64,000 nt of DNA, taken from an uncultured delta proteobacterium. GTDB lineage: Bacteria > Desulfobacterota > Desulfobacteria > Desulfobacterales > QNYZ01. The notes below the pieces were generated by a model, which had not been told where the DNA came from, made no database searches, and was given only the letters and a program-made list of their open reading frames with translations. Shown one piece after another: positions 21,686 through 31,031 of this stretch. Every line of letters starts with the position of its first letter. Position 1 is the first letter of the stretch. Where the stretch lies: the NCBI GenBank assembly GCA_963845145.1, contig CAWJQU010000005.1, positions 1,216,001 to 1,280,000 on the forward strand. The letters are read 5' to 3'. A program made the position numbers and the translations under genes.

Positions 21686-22513
21686 ATGGAAACACAGCCT
21701 CCAAAAAATCTGGTCAGCCGTGACAAACGTCAGACCGTGGGGGAGATCCATGTGGACGCCCCCCGCATGACCTGCCGGAATGTTAATGTCCATTACGCTG
21801 ATGAGCACGCTATAATCGACGTCTCCCTGGATATCGGCAGGAATGAGGTGATCGCCATGATCGGCCCTCAGGATGCGGTAAATCGACCTTCCTGCGTTGC
21901 TTGAATCGCATGAATGACACCATCGACATCTGCCGGGTCACCGGGGAAATCAAACTGGACGGTCAGGACATCTACGATAAGAACATCGATGTGGTTCCTC
22001 TGCGGGTCCAGGTGGGCATGGTGTTTCAGAAACCCAACCCCTTTCCCAAATCCATTTACGATAACATTGCCTATGGCCCGCGAATTCACGGCCTGGCGCA
22101 AAATAAGGCGGAATGGACCAAATCGTGGAGAGTTCCCTGAAAAGAACCGGACTGTGGGAAGAAGTCCACGACCGCCTGAATCAGCCTGGTACTGGGCTTT
22201 CGGGCGGCCAACAGCAGAGATCTCTGCATCGCACGAACAATCGCCGTCAACCCGGAAGTAATACTCATGGACGAGCCATGTTCCGCGCTGGACCCCATTG
22301 CCACGGCCGTCATTGAAGACCTCATTCGCGAACTCCGCGAAACAGTACACCATCGTCATTGTCACTCACTCAATGACCCAGGCTGCTCGAGTTTCCCAAC
22401 GCACCGCCTACTTCCATCTCGGAGATCTTATCGAAGTCGGTGCAACTGAAAAGATTTTTACCCGCCCGCGACACCAACTAACAGAGGATTATATTACTGG
22501 TCGTTTTGGTTGA
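21686..22513 (+). pseudogene. pstB: Phosphate ABC ATPase PstB, indels at about 21868, 22113, 22221, 22343; may be assembly error
   Basis: Frame-switching reconstruction: IGP(S)[39 protein letters not shown](L)[36 protein letters not shown]. Confidence 0.85.
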
Positions 22514-22607
22514 TTTACATCTCAATAATAGCAACTATCACCAGATAACTTATTAAAGCCCATTTGTCATGGATAAATGATTACTGAAGAAATTGATAAT
22601 CGGACGA

Positions 22608-22723
22608 CTGCTGGCAATATCCTTGACTTCATGTATAAGCTCACTGAAGGTCGTAACCTCATCAAGCTTTTCATACTGGAATGACTTCATATAGGTTGAG
22701 TGATTCTGCTTTTCCTTTTAGGC
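22608..22723. repeat. ~116-bp direct repeat R2, copy a (integrase-stub / cyclase 3'-end junction)
   Basis: Matches 28736-28852; ATACTGGAATGACTTCATATAGGTTGAGTGATTCTGCTTTTCCTTTTAGGC is identical in both. Confidence 0.9.
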
Positions 22724-23062
22724 AAAGGTGATCTGAATGATATAGGGAAAAACCTTGTAATCATGATGTTAGAAAGTGCGGGCTTTCAAATCATCGACCT
22801 CGGAATTGATGTGCCTCCGGAAAAGTTTGTGGACGCGATAAAGGAAAATAATCCTGAAATATTGGCACTGTCAGCATTGTTGACCACCACAATGCCAATG
22901 ATCCAAAACACGATTCAAACCATTGCCGACAGCGGATTAAGGGACCATCTCAAGATTTTAGTGGGGGGAGCGCCCGTAACGCAAGAATTTGCAGATAAAG
23001 TCGGTGCCGATGGATATGCTCCGGATGCCGGCTCCGCCAGCAAGCTATCGAAATCTTTATGA
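22724..23062 (+). pseudogene. Cobalamin-binding domain fragment of a corrinoid protein; N-terminus lost
   Basis: KGDLNDIGKNLV..MLESAGF.IIDLG.DVP, SALLTTTM, VGGAPVT..FA..VGADGYA; the ORF's first residues come from repeat R2. Confidence 0.8.
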
Positions 23063-23099
23063 CAATGAGTTGCTATAATTATTAAAACGTTCTGTTTCT

Positions 23100-24227
23100 T
23101 CATTTAAATATTCGAGCAAGACGCTCAACACCTGTGACCAAATCTTTTTTTGCGTAAAAGGCAAAGCAGAACCGCAGGTAATTACGCATGCCTCTGGCGC
23201 TGGAAAACTTGATGCCGGGCTGAAACCCGACTTGGTGCTTGTTTGCATCGATAAGCAAGGTTTCGGTATCTGTTCCCTCGGGCAAACAGGACCAGATGAA
23301 ATAACCCCCATGTGGGTTCGTAAATTTTAGAGCTGGTATATGGCGGCGTAAAGCGTTACTCAGGGTGAGCATGCGGTCGTGGAAAGTTTTTCGCAAGAAA
23401 TTCAAGTAATCTTTTTGAAGGCCCAGCTCCAACACGCTGTTCACAATGCTGGATACGAAAGGATTTAAACCACCACCACTATCAAGATAGCCGCACGCGA
23501 TAAACGGATCCAGCGCTGAAGGTTTGGCCTGCACCCACCCCAACCGGAGTCCCGGAGCAAGGATTTTAGAGAAGGAGCCTAATGAAAAAACCCGATCCGA
23601 AGTATCATAATATGTCATGGGTTTTGGAGGGTTAGATCTATACGCCAGCATTTGATAGACTTCATCGGCTACAATATAAAAGCCATATTTTTCACTTAAA
23701 CTGATGAGTTGTTTACGCCGGCTGGCAGATAAAGTTACGCCTGTTGGATTATGAAAAGTCGGTATCGTATAAATGAAAATAGGCTTGTCTTTTTCCAATT
23801 CTTTTTCCAAAGCTTCTATAATTAAACCATTTTCATCTATCGGTATTCCAATGATTTTGAGCTCATAGTCGGCAAAGATGCGCAAAGCGAGAAAATAGGA
23901 AGGCTCTTCGACAAAAATCGTGTTGCCCGGCCTGGTGTATAGCGAGCAAATTAGATCCAAGGCTTGGGAAATTCCGGCGGTGATAAAAAGATGATTCGGA
24001 TCGACAGCTGCCCCATATTGCACACTAAGAAATTGGGCCAGAGACAATCTGAAGTTATCGTTGCCCTGCTGAAAACCATATTGCAATATGTTTCGGTCTC
24101 CCTGTTCAAACCGATGAACTGCCGCCTCTGCCAACTGTTCTAAAGGAAGAATGTCAACTTGAGGCTGACCGATACCAAAATCAATCCAACCTTCGGGAAT
24201 GCTGATTTGAGAGATTTGAACCTTGAC
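23100..24227 (-). CDS. PLP-dependent aminotransferase, class I/II (2-aminoadipate/MocR-like catalytic domain); start codon uncertain
   Basis: YTIPTFHNPTG, DEVY, GSFSKILAPGLRLGW; frame stays open upstream of 24134 through WIDFGIGQP to a GTC at 24227 behind GAGGTG. Confidence 0.85.
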   Translation of the reverse strand, partial: VKVQISQISIPEGWIDFGIGQPQVDILPLEQLAEAAVHRFEQGDRNILQYGFQQGNDNFRLSLAQFLSVQYGAAVDPNHLFITAGISQALDLICSLYTRPGNTIFVEEPSYFLALRIFADYELKIIGIPIDENGLIIEALEKELEKDKPIFIYTIPTFHNPTGVTLSASRRKQLISLSEKYGFYIVADEVYQMLAYRSNPPKPMTYYDTSDRVFSLGSFSKILAPGLRLGWVQAKPSALDPFIACGYLDSGGGLNPFVSSIVNSVLELGLQKDYLNFLRKTFHDRMLTLSNALRRHIPALKFTNPHGGYFIWSCLPEGTDTETLLIDANKHQVGFQPGIKFSSARGMRNYLRFCFAFYAKKDLVTGVERLARIFK

Positions 24228-24369
24228 TGTTGCACCTCAAAATAGGGGATACCTTACGCAAATAAGCTGGAGAATATGCGAATATAGGCGTCGTGTCAAA
24301 TGCCAATAATATCCCTTGCAAAGGACTATATTTACACAATGAGCTTAAAAGGAAATATTGAAATATATA

Positions 24370-24732
24370 CTATCTGTCAGACAATGACCGCAAATCAGGG
24401 TGTGCCCCATTTCTGCTTCGGTGGACAAAGCGAACGCAGATCCAGGCAAGGACAAGGTACAGGAGCGTTAGACCCCACATCCAGATCCATTCTTCCCGGA
24501 CTTGATTGAAGGAGGCTCCCATCTGGGTAAGCCGCAATCCCCCGGTAATTCCCCAGGTGCTTGGCAGGAGCATGGAAACTGCCCTTATCCAGTGAGGCAT
24601 GCTTTCCACAGGCCATGCAAATCCTGATATCAGAACCGCAATCATTGAGCTCCATACAATCATTACGATCGACGTTTCCCTGGTTTTAAAAATTTCTGCC
24701 AGGACCTGGCCTAACAGAATGACCGATAGCAA
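24370..24732 (-). pseudogene. C-terminal fragment of an ABC-2 type exporter permease (YbhR/YhhJ-like)
   Basis: SGFAWPVESMPHWIRAVSMLLPSTWGI...QMGASF; truncated at repeat R1b. Confidence 0.75.
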
Positions 24733-24880
24733 AAAATTGAATGAAAAGCTTTCAACAACCCATCCCGAAATGAATCGTTTTCATATCTGATGTATCCTGA
24801 CTTATACTTTAGTAGGCAAGCCTGACGGTCAAGTCAGTACTTCGTTTGACAGTATGTTATCATAGCCATTCAGAAGCCTG
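24725..24880. repeat. 156-bp direct repeat R1, copy b
   Basis: About 94% identical (146/156) to 13881-14036. Confidence 0.9.
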
Positions 24881-25228
24881 TTTGGCCGTTGATGAGTTGG
24901 AGCATGTCAGATTCCGAGGGGCATCATAATACAAAGATACCCATGTTACATCACCACCGCGGCACAACCTTGCCCAATGATGATATCACCACCTTCAACC
25001 AGCTTCAGTTTTTTACTCTATTGGGATTGTGGGCTGATGGAGATGAGTTGGAGCAATCAACGGTTTCGAGAAGCATCATTTCTAAAAGAATATCATTATG
25101 TGTCGCCAGTTCACTCTAATTCTTCCACCTGATGTTATCTCAAGGTCACCTGCCCTTTGTTTAATTCGATTTTCAATAATTGGCAAGTTGGTCTAAAATT
25201 GGGGCAATATGATAACTTATTTAGATAC

Positions 25229-25636
25229 TTAATGTAGAAATTTTTTCGCTTTTTTCCCAATTCCTATAACAGTATCTTTTTCATCATAAGCTTTTACGGT
25301 GATTTCATAATTGTGGATCATACCCTTCATAGGAGATGGACCATTATAGTTTCCCTGTATGGTACCACGGGCAATGATACCTGAATTATCATTGTCTACT
25401 AAACCATCTCCATGATCGTATGATTTAAGATCAAGATCAATCAGACTCACGTGAAAGCGTTTAGTACCCTCGGGTACATCCGTTAGCAGAATCTCTGGAT
25501 TTTTAGAAGAACCGTGATCAATTGGTAACCACTGAAATTCAACACCCATCACAGCAGTGTTCGTGGAGTCATTTTTGCAGGAAATAATGATGAGAACTGC
25601 TAATACTATAACTGACAAAAAGATCACTTTTTTCAT
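25229..25636 (-). CDS. Lipoprotein, YbhB/YbcL (PEBP)-like
   Basis: Lipobox IISC, NPEI..TDVPEGT, DLD, Y.GPSP...HNYEITVKAYD; RBS GGAGG before ATG 25636. Confidence 0.65.
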   Translation of the reverse strand: MKKVIFLSVIVLAVLIIISCKNDSTNTAVMGVEFQWLPIDHGSSKNPEILLTDVPEGTKRFHVSLIDLDLKSYDHGDGLVDNDNSGIIARGTIQGNYNGPSPMKGMIHNYEITVKAYDEKDTVIGIGKKAKKFLH

Positions 25637-25930
25637 ACGTTCCTCCTGCTGCATTTTTATGCTTCGAATTTAAAAATAATACCAATAGTGCCTGTACCAG
25701 CAATCTTTGTAAGTTGTTTAGATATCAAATTCGCTTTTTCGTTTTCGATCACCTTCCCGACCTCATTTCCGGCGGGATTATCCGCTCAACCCTTAATTCT
25801 GTGACGTTGTGATTATTGAGAATAACACAAATTCACCCATATTTCAGATACTTCAATTTGGCAATTATAAACCCCAACAGGATCAACGATCAAAACCCTA
25901 AAAGGAGCTCTATTCTATATGGAGGTAAGA

Positions 25931-26167
25931 TTATAAGAATTTGGATTCTTTCGAATGTAAAAATTTTGAAATCTTAAAATCATTTAAATTTATACTGGAC
26001 CACCTGCTGATTCTAACCCAACCTTCGCGTCTTTCTTCTTGTGTCCTTTGGTCAGATAGAGCCTTTCTTCTTTCAGGCCCTTTGTAAAAGAAGCGATGCA
26101 GACTAAATATTCTGCGTCTGTCTTTTCCAGTGCGTCTTTCGGGAATAGTGCGCAGAGACTGCGGCAT
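25931..26167 (-). CDS. Small Arg-rich hypothetical protein (ERR/DRR repeats)
   Basis: AGGAGG RBS; MPQSLRTIPERRTGKDRR...GPERRK...EERREGWVRISRWSS. Confidence 0.6.
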   Translation of the reverse strand: MPQSLRTIPERRTGKDRRRIFSLHRFFYKGPERRKALSDQRTQEERREGWVRISRWSSINLNDFKISKFLHSKESKFL

Positions 26168-26801
26168 TTTTGGCCTCCTGTTTACTTGCAAAGAGACAGA
26201 ATATCGAAACACGGTTACATTATTTGACCAACTGACAGCATCAGGATTATTTAAGATTTAAGCCCAACCACATCTTATTCCAAAATAAACAAGAAAGCAC
26301 CTTTGCCCCATTGAGCACAAAAATTATTTTTATCTTGAGTCGCGACTGGCGTGCTTCCTTAACCCAAGCCTTAAAACAATATGTTTTTTGTTAAGAATTT
26401 TAGGTGTTAAGAGCTTAGATATATTGAGGCTACCGTAACAATCTGTTTTAACGGTATTATTGCCGATACGATCTGATTATCTCCAGCATACCACGAAAAC
26501 GCTCAATCCTGCAAGATTTGGCCTGTTTTGATTATTTTCGAACATCGGTGGTTTTTCGGGTACTTGATATCTGCAACATTGTTGGAGCGCCGGAAATTTG
26601 ATTCGAATTTCACCCTTTATTTCTAAAAGACATCTCAGGTTTCAATCTCAACTCAACGACCACATTATCTTGTGGTGCCATTGATGCTTACGTCAAATAA
26701 TGTTCAGTCTTATGAAATTTGAACTACTGTAGGGCCATAACAGTAGACTTGAAAAGCTATAGGGCCCTATACCAAAATGACAATTTTTCTTTTAATTGGA
26801 T

Positions 26802-27992
26802 TTATGCAAAAACCCTTACTTCTGATTTTTTTAGCATTGGTAAATAAACTACCCTTTCATTCGGGATCATTTCAATATTATTTTGGCGGCACTGAAAAGC
26901 ACACTGACCGCAGCCAATACATTTGTCGTTGTTGAAATATACTTTTTCATCAAATAGTTTCATTGCAGTCGTTGGACAGTATTTTTCGCAGTTGCCACAT
27001 CCCTTGCAATTAGAATTATCCTTTATTCTAGCAATAAAAGAAGAATTGTACTTCAGTGATATGGCACCCATATTGTACGGTTTTAAAATGCCACAGCAAT
27101 CCCAGCAACAATTACATATAGCAACTACAGGCAGGTTTATATCATCTTTTTCATGGATCACCGAATGGACTGCCCCTTTGTTACGTACTTCCTTGAGAAT
27201 ATCCATGGCTTCAGATTTAGTAACGTTTCGGCCATACCCCCAACCAGCCCAAGCTTTTGCTCCATCACCGAAAGCTATGCATGATTCTTTTGGCATATCA
27301 TGATCGCATGGTGAGCCTATTAGGCTGTTGCCATGTCTGCAGACACAAGGGAAGGCATATATAGCGTCTTTTTCACCAAATTCCTTTATATATTCATCAA
27401 CATGAAAGGTCGGATAAATTTTTGTGTCCGAAGATGATAGCGGTATATTGATGGGTATTGTCTTTCTTTTTTTCATACCTTCTATATCCGGATTCATCAA
27501 GGCTGCATCTTGGTTGGGTACTGACATATTGCGCATAAGTAAATTTTGTACATTTCGCAAAGGGAAAAAATTAAACTTCTTAAAGTATTCAAAAAACTCA
27601 TTCCATTTTTCAAAAAATTCCCTTTCCTCGGGTTTCCCAACATTGTAATGCATCATGACTTCATACCACCCAACGGCGATAGCATTTAAACGATACACCT
27701 CTGTCCTGTTTTCACCTAATTCGAAATGAATGAGCCCTTTTCTTTTCATTCTGTCAAAGAAGGATTGGAATTGGTCATCTGGCAAGTTACTGACCTTAGC
27801 GGCTTCTTCATATGAGTACGATTTTGTGCCTAACTGTAACAGATATTCAATTTCATCATCAGTAATAACAAGGTCCATCATTTCCACCAGTGGCCGCACA
27901 ATTGGAAAAAGCCGCTGAGTTTGCTTATTCATCATTGATAAAATGGTTTTAATTTTTTTCTTTCTTGCAGGAGACATTTTGGATTGTTTCAT
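26802..27992 (-). CDS. 4Fe-4S binding protein (ferredoxin domain plus Cys-rich module)
   Basis: CVCR, ICNCCWDCC, CKGCGNCEKYCP, CIGCGQCAFQC. Confidence 0.85.
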   Translation of the reverse strand: MKQSKMSPARKKKIKTILSMMNKQTQRLFPIVRPLVEMMDLVITDDEIEYLLQLGTKSYSYEEAAKVSNLPDDQFQSFFDRMKRKGLIHFELGENRTEVYRLNAIAVGWYEVMMHYNVGKPEEREFFEKWNEFFEYFKKFNFFPLRNVQNLLMRNMSVPNQDAALMNPDIEGMKKRKTIPINIPLSSSDTKIYPTFHVDEYIKEFGEKDAIYAFPCVCRHGNSLIGSPCDHDMPKESCIAFGDGAKAWAGWGYGRNVTKSEAMDILKEVRNKGAVHSVIHEKDDINLPVVAICNCCWDCCGILKPYNMGAISLKYNSSFIARIKDNSNCKGCGNCEKYCPTTAMKLFDEKVYFNNDKCIGCGQCAFQCRQNNIEMIPNERVVYLPMLKKSEVRVFA

Positions 27993-28600
27993 TTTTAACC
28001 TCCTTGAATTGCTTTAGTTAGAGCAATGGCAGTTATCACGTATAGGAACTATGCTACGTTAAACCGATTGATTTTACTTTTAAGATACTCTTTCGATAAG
28101 TTTTCAACAAACAATGAGTAAGAATGTCATTGTAAAGTCTAAAATAAGTTCTCAGGTAAGTCGGTGGGGGAATTAAGATCAGGGCAAATGCATGCCTGAT
28201 TCAAAACACATAACGATTATTATCAGGAAACTAATGAAATCACAAGGTATAGATATTTGAGTTATTTGAAAAGGTTGTGATGTACTCTAATTGACAATCT
28301 AAAAACCAACTATCAGGGCTTTGGTGATGTATTGAGAACATACCTACCTTGTAAACATCTAAAAACGTAACAAAATTTTAATAACCCGGCAAGAAATAAA
28401 TCTGTGATATTTTCAATTTGGACTGAAATTTAAGACCGGTGATACTAATGCCCAATCTTGGTTTAGGCCTTTACTGAGATTGATTGAGAGATGTATTAGT
28501 TATCAAACTTAACGAGATTATTGCCGATATGCTTTGGGCATATTAGAATTATTTTGGCATTGGGCCATTGTCAAAGATTTTAGTAAAAGGAGGTACGTCG

Positions 28601-28800
28601 ATGAAAGTATCCAAAGCGGGAAAAATCAGGCTCGATTATCATCAAATCCACTCGAAAAAAATACAGTTAGATCGCACTCGTTTGTCAAAGATAAATTTTG
28701 TAGCCAGCTCGGTGCTTATGACCTCAACGATCTGTCTGCTGGCAATATCCTTGACTTCATGGATCAGCTCACCGAAGATCGTAAACCCCATCAAGCATTT
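28601..28800 (+). pseudogene. N-terminal stub of a tyrosine recombinase/site-specific integrase, frameshifted and truncated
   Basis: AGGAGG RBS; MKVSKAGKIRLDYHQIHSKK, then in another frame NTVRSHSFVKDKFCSQLG..DL..LS...ILDFMDQLTEDRKP, which resembles an integrase N-terminal SAM-like domain. No catalytic domain present. Confidence 0.6.
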
Positions 28801-28852
28801 TATACTGGAATGACTTCATATAGGTTGAGTGATTCTGCTTTTCCTTTTAGGC
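28736..28852. repeat. ~117-bp direct repeat R2, copy b
   Basis: Matches 22608-22723. Confidence 0.9.
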
Positions 28853-29873
28853 TAACGGCTCCGATTTTTAAAATATCAAAGAGATGTAGATTCTCTAATC
28901 TTGTTTTTATTGATTCCGATATTAAAATTCTTTTTTTGAATTCATTACATTTTGCTTGAATTCGTGCTGCCGTATTCAAAACATCACCATGATATTCAAG
29001 TTCTTTTTTGATTACACCAACCTCAGCAATTGTAGCACTACCCAAATGAAGACCGGCTTTGAATTCAGGAACGATTCCGTATTTATTTTGATAATATTTT
29101 CTTTTGCTTTTTATAAGCGCATCATATGCAAAAAATGTGTTTATGCAATTTCCTTTTTCAATTCCTTCGTCAATGTTCCATGATAGAATCACTTCATCGC
29201 CCACATATTTATAAATTTTCGCATCAAATTTGGTAACGATATCTGTTATATCGAAAAAACAGTCCTGAATGAACTGACTGTATTTAATATGCCCAAGATT
29301 TTCAGCATAGGTCGTCGAAGATTTCAAATCCATAAACATAAAAATACGTTTTTCCTCTTTGGGTTGATGGTACTTTCCAAGCAAAAAGCTTATCAGAACT
29401 CCCTGACCGAATTTATCATTGACTTGGAGAATAAATAGAGCCGAAATACAAGCAAGACTCCAAAAAATGAACTTCGTGACCGCTTTGACGCTAAATAAAA
29501 AATCAACGTACAACTTAAAAACATCTCCGCTCAGCAACGGTTTATTAATTTCGGAGCTGAATATATGAAGCATACACAGAGAGATAAAACAGTACATAGA
29601 CAATAGGTAGATGGCCGTCTTAATCGATAACGTAATACCAAAAGGTTTTCTGTATAATAATTTATTTAAGTACAATACCTCTAATGATCCAAGTAAGGTC
29701 CCGCCGATAATACAAGATATAATGATATAAATTAGATTACGTAAAAAACTATAATGCCCCTCAATTTCAGATTTAAACCCTAAAAGAGATGCATCGTAAA
29801 AGGTGATGAAAATGCCACATAAAACCCAAAAACAAATAAGGAATAGAATTTTATAGAATTGAATTTTTCTCAT
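28800..29873 (-). CDS. Membrane-anchored class III adenylate/guanylate cyclase
   Basis: About four TM helices; RIFMFMDLKSST..AE, YKYVGDEV, FKAGLHLG, HGDVLNTAARIQ, LKGK. Confidence 0.9.
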   Translation of the reverse strand: MRKIQFYKILFLICFWVLCGIFITFYDASLLGFKSEIEGHYSFLRNLIYIIISCIIGGTLLGSLEVLYLNKLLYRKPFGITLSIKTAIYLLSMYCFISLCMLHIFSSEINKPLLSGDVFKLYVDFLFSVKAVTKFIFWSLACISALFILQVNDKFGQGVLISFLLGKYHQPKEEKRIFMFMDLKSSTTYAENLGHIKYSQFIQDCFFDITDIVTKFDAKIYKYVGDEVILSWNIDEGIEKGNCINTFFAYDALIKSKRKYYQNKYGIVPEFKAGLHLGSATIAEVGVIKKELEYHGDVLNTAARIQAKCNEFKKRILISESIKTRLENLHLFDILKIGAVSLKGKAESLNLYEVIPV

Positions 29874-30043
29874 TCAAATCTCCTGTATTGAATAAAACTT
29901 TTGAAAGAGCCACGATTTTGTGAGAAAACCTGCAATACATAACGGTTTGATAAAATGCCGGATGTTTGACGGAGCAGGCCCGGTTCAAAAGCAAGTATTT
30001 AAACCTGTCGTCCGCGTGGAAAGTCGGCCCCCTGAGGGATATA

Positions 30044-30916
30044 TCAATGCGTCAGGGTCAATACGCCCGGCAGGACTTCAAATGAGAACGACTGCCGCGT
30101 TCGTCCCAATTCCCCATCCATTTGCAGCGTCAGCGGGCGCTCGGAATGAACCTGCAACGTTTTCCCCGCCCGATAGGTACCGGCACGGTTTCCGATGGTA
30201 AATGACGTCGCGACGCCGATCATCGGTTGGTGCCATTTGGCTGACATCCAGAGCGCATGAAGGTGGCCGTCGTCCCAGCGGGCACGAGGAACCACTTTCA
30301 TCCCCATTCCGAAGTACGGTTGTTTTACCACCACCAGGCTCAGCAGTTTTTTAACAGTGATATGGGTATCGTCAAGGTTTAAATCAACCCGTCCGGGCCG
30401 GTAGACGCTAAGGTAAGCCTTAAGTGATGCCAAAAAGTAAGCTTTGGGGCCGGACACCCCTTGTTTACGATAGGCGGTCCAGAGTTTGACGGCGGTGCCG
30501 TCGAGGCCGACGGAGGCCATGAAGGCCAGACGGTTGCCATCACAGCGGATCAAATCGCAGGTGTGCTGTTGTCCGTTGCGAATCCGTTGGGCCATATCGG
30601 TCAGGTCGCCTCGATATGTCAGGGCACTTCGAATTGCATTGCCTGTGCCCAGAGGGAGAAATGCCAGGGATAGCCGAGAGGGGTAGATGGCATTGATAAT
30701 ATCGGAAAAGGTGCCGTCGCCGCCGGCCACCACAAGAACATCGCACCGGTCTCCCACTTCTACGGCACGGCGGGTAAACGCCTCGGCGGAAGTGGTGTTC
30801 AGGCCGTAAACCTTCGCGTTGAGAACCTGTGAAACCTCTTTCAGCTGCGATCGTTTCTGATCTATATTTAGGCGGCCTGCTTTCGGATTGGCGATGATCG
30901 CATATTTCATGGTCAT
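30044..30916 (-). CDS. Diacylglycerol/lipid kinase family protein
   Basis: IANPKAG, AGGDGT, PLGTGNA, QMDGE. Confidence 0.88.
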   Translation of the reverse strand: MTMKYAIIANPKAGRLNIDQKRSQLKEVSQVLNAKVYGLNTTSAEAFTRRAVEVGDRCDVLVVAGGDGTFSDIINAIYPSRLSLAFLPLGTGNAIRSALTYRGDLTDMAQRIRNGQQHTCDLIRCDGNRLAFMASVGLDGTAVKLWTAYRKQGVSGPKAYFLASLKAYLSVYRPGRVDLNLDDTHITVKKLLSLVVVKQPYFGMGMKVVPRARWDDGHLHALWMSAKWHQPMIGVATSFTIGNRAGTYRAGKTLQVHSERPLTLQMDGELGRTRQSFSFEVLPGVLTLTH

Positions 30917-31031
30917 TCCAGCATTTTGTCTCTTTTTGGGCGTACCTTCGCAGACATGATCAAGCTTTCAATCGAACAATTATTTTACACCGAACAGGCA
31001 TTTTACACTATCCAATCCGGAGATAACACCC

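Noticed and set aside
19134..22513. Programmed frameshifting or phase variation in pst genes
   Set aside because: Too many shifts, in both directions, and several are outside slippery or homopolymer tracts.
24889..25119. 76-aa ORF and a 14-bp repeat GATGAGTTGGAGCA (about 24891 and 25043)
   Set aside because: No RBS or recognisable domain; only two short copies; probably decayed DNA.
28800..29873. Cyclase as part of Pycsar/CBASS-like defence
   Set aside because: Multi-TM signalling-type cyclase with the ATP-specifying Lys and no adjacent cNMP-binding effector gene.
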